From IMG/VR virus record IMGVR_UViG_3300025162_000024, positions 32,001 through 96,000 of that record: a stretch of DNA of 64,000 nt; one strand, written 5' to 3'. Under the pieces are notes generated by a model, which was not told the origin of the DNA, did no database searches, and saw nothing but the letters and a program-made list of their open reading frames with translations. Position 1 is the first letter of the stretch. The number at the start of each line of letters is the position of its first letter. This document shows, piece by piece, positions 57,994 to 64,000 of the stretch. Both the position numbers and the translations under genes were made by a program. The DNA comes from a virus.

Positions 57994-58425
57994 TCAATCT
58001 CCTTTTACTGAGTCCTCGTAGATCTCCGCCATCGGATGTGCCTCTCTCCAGGCGGCGACCGCCCTGGCCAGTGTCGGATGCCTGGCCGAGAACTGCCCGT
58101 CTCTCTTCTTTGGGTGGAACATGAGCTTCAGGTGTCGCATACACGGGTTTACCTCGACGCGGATCGCCATATCATGGGCTAGAAAAACCAACCTGGTCAA
58201 CATGTCAAAGTCGAACGTGGATAGGCATCCATCGTCCCAGAGCAGCTCTTGCCAGATGGGATTGGCCCAATCGACTTTAGCCAGGTGCTTCTCCTGAATG
58301 TGATGCAGGCCTACCCATCGGTCCAGAAGGTCGGCCACCCTGAGCCCTGATTCGCTAGGGGATCGGCCGACCTTTAGGCACCGCTTGACATGAGAAAGTA
58401 CTCTGGTCATTCGAGGCTCGAGCAT
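57994..58425 (-). CDS. Hypothetical protein
   Basis: LSTFDFDMLTRLVFLAHDMAIRVEV...RHPTL. Confidence 0.7.
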   Translation of the reverse strand: MLEPRMTRVLSHVKRCLKVGRSPSESGLRVADLLDRWVGLHHIQEKHLAKVDWANPIWQELLWDDGCLSTFDFDMLTRLVFLAHDMAIRVEVNPCMRHLKLMFHPKKRDGQFSARHPTLARAVAAWREAHPMAEIYEDSVKGD

Positions 58426-59807
58426 CAGCGAGACCTCAGGTTGTGCTCAAACCGCCAGTTCTCCAGAAGCTTGAGGGCCTCGTCCTGGGTCACTTTTCGA
58501 TAAGAGCCACACTGAGTTGCAGTCTCGTCCATCCCGGTCGGCGACCCATCTGGCTGCGAGTAGGCATATCGCATGCCGGCCGGATACTTGAACAGACTGC
58601 CCAGCGAGTGCAGATACCAGCGGGGCTCCTCGGGCTGTACTGCAGACCGGACGAAGATCACCTGGTTATTGCCACAGTGGAACGTTTTGGCAACAGGACT
58701 AACCCAGGGACCCTGGCAGGTGCTGAGGAACGTGCATCCCGCACACTTCCACCGAGCGTACTGAGGGCCTGAGGTGGGCTCGGGCCGTGTCTCGTACTGA
58801 ACACCGTCGATGATCCCGGTCCATTTGGGCTTGGCCTCAGCCTCTCTCTTGGCCTTTTCCTCGTCCCACTTGGCAATCATCTCCCGAGCCTTCTCAGTGG
58901 TCACCCGGTGGGCTGTGGACTCGGCTACCCCCTTCACCCAGTTAGATTCCGGGACCGTGATCGTATCACCCTCAGGCTTGAGCGAACTGTAGAAGATGGC
59001 CGCCGGATACGCCACGAGACTATAGGACGTAGCATACCACCGCACATCCTGCTTCATCCAGAGCCCTTCCCTGAGCTGGTCTGCCTGCTTAGAATCGATC
59101 CGGACGATGCCTCCCTGCAGGATGTACGACTCTTCGGATGCTGAGGCCTTGGCCCCCTCAGGATTGCCAGTATAGACCCGGGAGGCCGGAAACTGCCCAA
59201 ACCAGGCGATCCGCTCGCTCTTGTACCAGCGTTCGACAGTCGGCTGGCTCTTGGCCTCGGTCCACGCCCTGATCAGCATCTGAGCCGTTTTGGCCGGGAT
59301 CAACTTGGTCGTAGATAGGAGCTTTACTCTCTCCTCAGACTCTAAGGATACATCGGCCTCGGGGAACATCGCTGTGTACACCTTATGCGCTGGATACTCT
59401 CTGAGCAGCTCGCCGTCGTCCGTGTAGTACCAGCGGGACGTCTCCTTCCGCCAGCCATCCAGGATCCGGATGACCGTGTCATATGAGATCTCTTCGTCAG
59501 TCCCGCTCACGAATGATTCGATGGCCGTAGCCGGATACCCCTTAGGATCGCTCCGGGTATAGCACGTAGCCTGGGGATATACCCTGAGCAGCTCGCCGTC
59601 CGGTGATCGGTACCAGCGGTAACCCTCAGGCTTGGCCGGGGCCAGGACCTCTCGAGCCACCTGGTACATGAGACTGACCTCAGCAGCGGCCAGCTTCTGG
59701 TATCCCTCGAACTCTGTGAGATCCCCGGACTCCACCCTCGTCCCGAGATTGGCATAGGTGTTGGTCAAAACCTGAACCTTCATCTGATCCACTGATCCAT
59801 TAGACAT
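58425..59807 (-). CDS. RWY-repeat family protein (5 units + IDGV-Cys module)
   Basis: Five RWY units; WTGIIDGVQYE...CAGC; AAGGAG SD. Confidence 0.85.
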   Translation of the reverse strand: MSNGSVDQMKVQVLTNTYANLGTRVESGDLTEFEGYQKLAAAEVSLMYQVAREVLAPAKPEGYRWYRSPDGELLRVYPQATCYTRSDPKGYPATAIESFVSGTDEEISYDTVIRILDGWRKETSRWYYTDDGELLREYPAHKVYTAMFPEADVSLESEERVKLLSTTKLIPAKTAQMLIRAWTEAKSQPTVERWYKSERIAWFGQFPASRVYTGNPEGAKASASEESYILQGGIVRIDSKQADQLREGLWMKQDVRWYATSYSLVAYPAAIFYSSLKPEGDTITVPESNWVKGVAESTAHRVTTEKAREMIAKWDEEKAKREAEAKPKWTGIIDGVQYETRPEPTSGPQYARWKCAGCTFLSTCQGPWVSPVAKTFHCGNNQVIFVRSAVQPEEPRWYLHSLGSLFKYPAGMRYAYSQPDGSPTGMDETATQCGSYRKVTQDEALKLLENWRFEHNLRSR

Positions 59808-59863
59808 CGCAAACTCCTTTAGGACAAAGACTTATAGTTGCCTTCAGAACACCTGGAGGCCTG

Positions 59864-60196
59864 CTAACTGCAGTAGGCAGGCCTCGTGGCCTCTTCTCCC
59901 TGCCCAACCCGCTCAGCGACACACTCAGGGCACCTCTGATACTCTCCGTGCTCCGGTGTAAACCGTTTCCGGCATATGGAGCATCCACGGGCACCGCGGA
60001 CAACGTCAATCGCTGACCTCAAGGCAGCCAAGAACTCGGGGTGAACCAGGGTGTCATACCTGTCTAACTTGAAGCCACCATTATACTTAGAGATCAAACA
60101 GTAGGCTTCTCCAGAGGTGACCTCGACTACCCCATTGTCGTATACAGTTACCTGGGCTATCCCGATAACCCGCGGAAGACCTTTCAAGTCCATCAA
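59864..60196 (-). CDS. Hypothetical protein with C-terminal Zn finger
   Basis: CSIC...CPEC; GGAGGAG SD; first gene downstream of the inverted repeat. Confidence 0.65.
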   Translation of the reverse strand: MMDLKGLPRVIGIAQVTVYDNGVVEVTSGEAYCLISKYNGGFKLDRYDTLVHPEFLAALRSAIDVVRGARGCSICRKRFTPEHGEYQRCPECVAERVGQGEEATRPAYCS

Positions 60197-60246
60197 ACTC
60201 CTCCAATCAGTTAAATGAAGTCCATAGACAGGATCAAGACCCTGAC

Positions 60247-60522
60247 TAATGATGGCGTTTACGCCTTTCTATCTTCGATAGAAAGAGTAATACGAAGAAA
60301 GAGAAGAAGAGGAGGAAGGGAAAGAAGACAGAGAAATAAAGAAGTAAATCCATATTGTAGCAACATCTCGTTAAGATATTGGAAAAGCGGAAATGACCAA
60401 CTTGCAAGTCGGTCACCAGGCACGGACTTGGTCTCTTCTCTTCTCTTTCTTTTCTTCCTCTTCTTCTCTTTCTTCGTATTACTCTTTCTATCGAAGATAG
60501 AAAGGCGTAAACGCCATCATTA
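60247..60522. repeat. Perfect 67-bp inverted repeat with 142-bp spacer
   Basis: 60247-60313 is the exact reverse complement of 60456-60522. Confidence 0.95.
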
Positions 60523-60544
60523 TTGGGCAGTTGCGCTGCTCTAC

Positions 60545-61426
60545 CTACTCAGGTTGACCTTCAATGGTCTCTGGGGATAGAGATGGACTTGGGAGAGCCT
60601 TGGACTTGGGAATGCTCTTTATCCCGAGGATTGGATCAAATCTGCGGTCTCCTTTTACGCCTATGCCACGTATGGCTTGGGCTATTCCAAACCGGGTAGC
60701 GAGCTTGGCTGGATCGAGCTTCTCGTCCAGGAACAGGTTGTTGACGTATGGCTCGTACTTGCTATTGAGTCCTACCAGAGGCTGGTCGTGGGTGATGAAC
60801 AGGTACAGAGCGTGGCGTGTCTCTCCGAGCTTGACGTATACGGAGTACCCTTCTGCCTCTCGTCCCAGGTTCCTCCTGAGCCATTGGCCCATGTTGTTAC
60901 GGCCCTTGGCTAGGTCAGCGACGGTCTCGAACTCTAAGCCTATGGTTGACATAAGCTTACGCTCGAAACCCGCTGATCCCCAGGTGCGCCATGCCCTGCT
61001 AAGCTCAAAGACAGAACAGAACAGGCACTCTCGGTACTTGCACCTATGGAGCTTTACGGCCTCGGATCGTCCGCCGTTCTTTGTACGCTTCCTATGGGCT
61101 GCCCTCGCTATCTGCCGATAATTAGGGCAGAAGAGCAGGCCTTTGAAGTGAGGGTCCATGGGCGTCTTGTTCAACTCCAGGTTACGCTTTGCAGCCTCTG
61201 CTCTCCCCCGGAGATTGTCCATGTACGCATGAACAGCTCTCAGTTTGATCTTCCAATGACTATCTGGTTCCGGGTCGGTCGGAGGCTGTTGTCCGGCCAG
61301 CTCCTTGTACTGGGCCTCATACGTAACGTTCCATCTGGCTCTCTTCCAAACTAAGCGACGTTTGTCCTTCTCACGCTTGACTTCTTTGCCCAGTTGGCTG
61401 AGGACCGCCCTCTTCTCTTTGCTCAT
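60545..61426 (-). CDS. Basic hypothetical protein, possibly Rep/HUH-related
   Basis: CKYRECLFC resembles the CxxRxCxxC of Rep_1/IS91 proteins; no intact HUH motif; AAGGA SD before MSKE. Confidence 0.6.
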   Translation of the reverse strand: MSKEKRAVLSQLGKEVKREKDKRRLVWKRARWNVTYEAQYKELAGQQPPTDPEPDSHWKIKLRAVHAYMDNLRGRAEAAKRNLELNKTPMDPHFKGLLFCPNYRQIARAAHRKRTKNGGRSEAVKLHRCKYRECLFCSVFELSRAWRTWGSAGFERKLMSTIGLEFETVADLAKGRNNMGQWLRRNLGREAEGYSVYVKLGETRHALYLFITHDQPLVGLNSKYEPYVNNLFLDEKLDPAKLATRFGIAQAIRGIGVKGDRRFDPILGIKSIPKSKALPSPSLSPETIEGQPE

Positions 61427-61501
61427 CCGACTTCCTTTCACAAATGGTAGAGGGGCGACCTGGGCAATCCCAGGCCGCCCCAAATAGTGTCTACCTGTCT
61501 C

Positions 61502-61837
61502 TCATCGACCCAGCTGCAGACGGGGGCTGGCGGCTAGGACTGGCCTGCCACAGACGATCGAGGTGATCCTGGGGGCTCGACGCCCCTCAAGCCTCCGCCT
61601 CTCTCTGAGTTCGTCCTGTAGCCTTTGCTGAAGGGCCAATCCCTCCTCAATCCCCTGCGCATAGGACTTCTCCCAGCTCCAATCTGCTATACTGCTAGTG
61701 GCCTTGGCCGTCGGTGTCAGCTGTGTCTCTTTCTGCGTGAGCAGGTCACGGACCTGTCCGCAGATAGTAGAGAACAGCTTGACCCCCTGGCCGACGCCGT
61801 AGATCACTGGGTCCAGAGAGGACTCCGGGTAGCTCAT
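61502..61837 (-). CDS. Hypothetical protein
   Basis: MSYPESSLDP... after GGAG. Confidence 0.5.
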   Translation of the reverse strand: MSYPESSLDPVIYGVGQGVKLFSTICGQVRDLLTQKETQLTPTAKATSSIADWSWEKSYAQGIEEGLALQQRLQDELRERRRLEGRRAPRITSIVCGRPVLAASPRLQLGR

Positions 61838-63752
61838 GCAGACTCCAATAGTGCCGCCAGCCTCGGGTAGGAACTTAGTACCCGACCTGCTCCGTGTGTT
61901 GACGGCGGCCAGCACAGAGCTCGGCCAGGCACAGGGAAACGCTTATGCGACGTCCGTGGCCGTCGGTAATCTGTATCGATCCATTGGATCTTTGCGTCTC
62001 CCGAATATAGCCCCTGTACTCCCCTTGCTCATGTCAATCAAGGGCAAGCCAATGTCCCTCACCTCGCGGTTCCCGTTTGAGGTGCTGTTCAAGATGGTGG
62101 GGGTGCCCAGGAGACTGACGCTGGTCACAGGACGTCAGGTCTCGAAAACGACAAGCATCTTCTCGTCTGAGATAGTGACCAGGAGCCTGCCGAACCCTTA
62201 TTTCAACTCAGCATTCGTCCAACCGCAGTTCGACCAGATCCGCAGGTTCTCTACCACTGTAGCCCGCCCGATGCTCCTTGATTCTCCTATACGATCAATG
62301 ATCGTCGGGGACTCTGTGGTAGCCGCTGGCAACGTGCTGCAAAGGACACTGAAGAATGGGTCGAACATATTCTTTACGTTTGGCGGTGTGGATACCGAGC
62401 GCAATCGTGGTATGCCCCTGGACAGCCTGATCATGGACGAGGCCCAGGATTTCAGTGTGGACGCTGCCGAGATCCTTGAGGCGTGTCTGGACGCTTCGGA
62501 CTGGAAACTGATCAGAAACAGTGGAACTCCCAAGACCGAGTCCACCTTCCTCCACAACCGGTGGATGGACAGCTCCCAGGCCCAGTGGACGATCCCCTGC
62601 TCCTGCGGGTATACGAACACCTGCTGCCGGGCCCTGGACATGGATCAGATGATCCAGCCAAAGGGCCTCTCTTGCCGGAAGTGCGGGGCTATCGTCAACC
62701 CTAGGCTGGGGCATTGGCAGCATATGGTGACCGGCGGAAACCGCCTGACGTTCCATCATGGGTATCACATCCCTCAGACTATCATGCCCATGCATTGCGA
62801 GAGGCCCTATGAATGGCGGATGATCCTCGCCAAGAAATCAGGAACCTCTCAGGTCACGTACGTCAACGAATGCCTTGGAGAAGCTGTAGGGGTCAGCCAG
62901 GGCCTGATCACCGAGCAGCAGCTCCAGGCGGCCGCGGTCCTCCCCTGGAACAACCGCCTGGAAGAGGCGGTCCCGCTACGTAACAAGTACTCGTTCCGCG
63001 TGCTGGCCGTGGACTGGGGCGGCGGGGGTGCCGGCCAGGTCCGGTACCGCAACGGGCGTATCACGGTCCAGAACGGTACGTGCTCATTTACCCATGTGGC
63101 TATCCTCGGGTTCCTCCCCTACAGCCTGATCCCGCACGTCCTGTACGCTGAGAGATTCCCGATCGAGCTGGACGAAGTGGACGAAGTGGGCCGCGTCCTT
63201 CGCCTGTACGCCTCGTTCAACTGTGACCTGCTCTCCCATGACTTCGGGGGGTCCGGAGGCGTACGAGATACGATCATCCTCCGCAATGGGTTCCCCGCCA
63301 ACCGGTTGTTCCCCTGCCTGTACGTAGCTTCCAGGAACAAGATCCTCGTGTACAAGCACGAGTCGGACAACGTCGATGGCCGGATGTATTACGGAGTGGA
63401 CAAAGCCCGATTGCTGCGGCTGATGTGCATGGCGATCCGGACCCAGCCGACGGTCAACGGCGGACATTTCCCCCGCTGGGAGAGCTCCAGGACCTCGGTA
63501 AGCGACTACCTGGCCCTGCTCCCAAACCGCCACTCCTCGGAGTCCGGTGCCGAAGTAACCACGATCATCCGTGATCCGACGAAGCCCGATGACTTCGCGA
63601 ATGCCCACGCATACGGGTGCGCCGCCTACTGGTTCACCCGCCAGCAGTACCCCGATTTTGCCCCTGAACTGGTCTTCCCCCAAGGATCGGCCATGCAAGC
63701 GGTGCTCACCCCGGACTACGGGGCGGGACTCGCCGGATGGGATCCAGGATAG
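61836..63752 (+). CDS. terL: Terminase large subunit (GpA-like)
   Basis: GRQVSKTT Walker A variant, LIMDEAQD Walker B, SGTP motif, Cys-rich insert, LAVDWGG and PDDFANA nuclease motifs; start uncertain. Confidence 0.88.
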   Translation: MQTPIVPPASGRNLVPDLLRVLTAASTELGQAQGNAYATSVAVGNLYRSIGSLRLPNIAPVLPLLMSIKGKPMSLTSRFPFEVLFKMVGVPRRLTLVTGRQVSKTTSIFSSEIVTRSLPNPYFNSAFVQPQFDQIRRFSTTVARPMLLDSPIRSMIVGDSVVAAGNVLQRTLKNGSNIFFTFGGVDTERNRGMPLDSLIMDEAQDFSVDAAEILEACLDASDWKLIRNSGTPKTESTFLHNRWMDSSQAQWTIPCSCGYTNTCCRALDMDQMIQPKGLSCRKCGAIVNPRLGHWQHMVTGGNRLTFHHGYHIPQTIMPMHCERPYEWRMILAKKSGTSQVTYVNECLGEAVGVSQGLITEQQLQAAAVLPWNNRLEEAVPLRNKYSFRVLAVDWGGGGAGQVRYRNGRITVQNGTCSFTHVAILGFLPYSLIPHVLYAERFPIELDEVDEVGRVLRLYASFNCDLLSHDFGGSGGVRDTIILRNGFPANRLFPCLYVASRNKILVYKHESDNVDGRMYYGVDKARLLRLMCMAIRTQPTVNGGHFPRWESSRTSVSDYLALLPNRHSSESGAEVTTIIRDPTKPDDFANAHAYGCAAYWFTRQQYPDFAPELVFPQGSAMQAVLTPDYGAGLAGWDPG

Positions 63753-63949
63753 GCCTCGGCCGGCAGCCGATCGGCAGGCTTGGTGATCAGCGTGGTTCTC
63801 TGCTGGGAAGCGAACTGATCTGTGGGCGTCGAGCTCACATTTGTTATGGTCAGATCAGGATGCTCCTGAGAAAACTTGCTGACCCCGGCATTGATCTGAT
63901 AAGAACTCGACTCGAAGACCCAGACGTTCGGGGCTATCTGCTTGGTCAC
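63716..63949 (-). CDS. Hypothetical protein
   Basis: 77-aa ORF convergent with terL. Confidence 0.4.
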   Translation of the reverse strand: MTKQIAPNVWVFESSSYQINAGVSKFSQEHPDLTITNVSSTPTDQFASQQRTTLITKPADRLPAEAYPGSHPASPAP

Positions 63950-64000
63950 CGGTGAGATCGATACTTTCCCAGTGATGATCGCAGCGATGATCGCGACGAT

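Noticed and set aside
28550-59807. Diversity-generating retroelement as the source of RWY variation
   Set aside because: No reverse transcriptase in the window, and the one nucleotide repeat pair I compared (36551-36590 vs 36932-36971) differs at mixed bases rather than adenines only. An RT outside the window cannot be excluded.
60215-60580. 121-aa plus-strand ORF (Arg-rich, then Phe/Leu-rich)
   Set aside because: The composition is a by-product of the purine and pyrimidine tracts of the inverted repeat.
325-61800. Numerous plus-strand ORFs of 60-370 aa
   Set aside because: Antisense shadows of GC-rich minus-strand genes, which tile the region with SDs and recognisable motifs.
1-64000. Stop-codon reassignment
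   Set aside because: Long conserved genes are intact in the standard code and all three stops end genes; only isolated suspicious stops (33451, 46284) were seen.
1-64000. tRNA, rRNA, integrase or att sites
   Set aside because: None recognised by eye; tRNAscan-SE/Infernal would be needed to exclude them.
1-64000. Apparent abundance of GATC as a methyltransferase target
   Set aside because: Not quantified, and may simply reflect GAT/ATC codon use; needs a codon-aware Markov test.

Overview
A 64-kb segment of a large, GC-rich, tailed dsDNA bacteriophage genome in the standard genetic code; the host cannot be identified from the sequence. Nearly all genes are on the minus strand. 1-15.4 kb is a virion module: Gly-zipper proteins punctuated by K-x-A/S motifs, a ~1370-aa protein with two zincin domains, a portal, and a beta-helix tailspike-like protein. 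15.5-60.2 kb is a dense accessory/early region: HD hydrolase, two Dam-like methyltransferases, RlmN-like radical SAM, ThyX with an adjacent HNH endonuclease, two glycosyltransferases, an LRR protein, DUF6378, a DEDD exonuclease, MmcB-like and PD-(D/E)XK nucleases, a SAM methyltransferase, and many small ORFs. 60.2-64 kb holds a perfect 67-bp inverted repeat with nested hairpins, a possible Rep-like gene, and a lone plus-strand terminase large subunit. The main unexplained signals are: (i) about 32 divergent copies of one ~58-aa 'RWY..YP..IsxeeA..W' domain across nine genes, shuffled with other small modules; (ii) the nested inverted-repeat element; (iii) a four-repeat HTH-like protein downstream of four GACCTA half-sites; (iv) candidate leaderless promoters in the virion module; (v) a 15-aa insertion inside the ThyX signature motif. 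No tRNA, rRNA, CRISPR array, integrase, reverse transcriptase, DNA polymerase or major capsid gene was recognised. All family calls come from motifs read by eye, not database searches.
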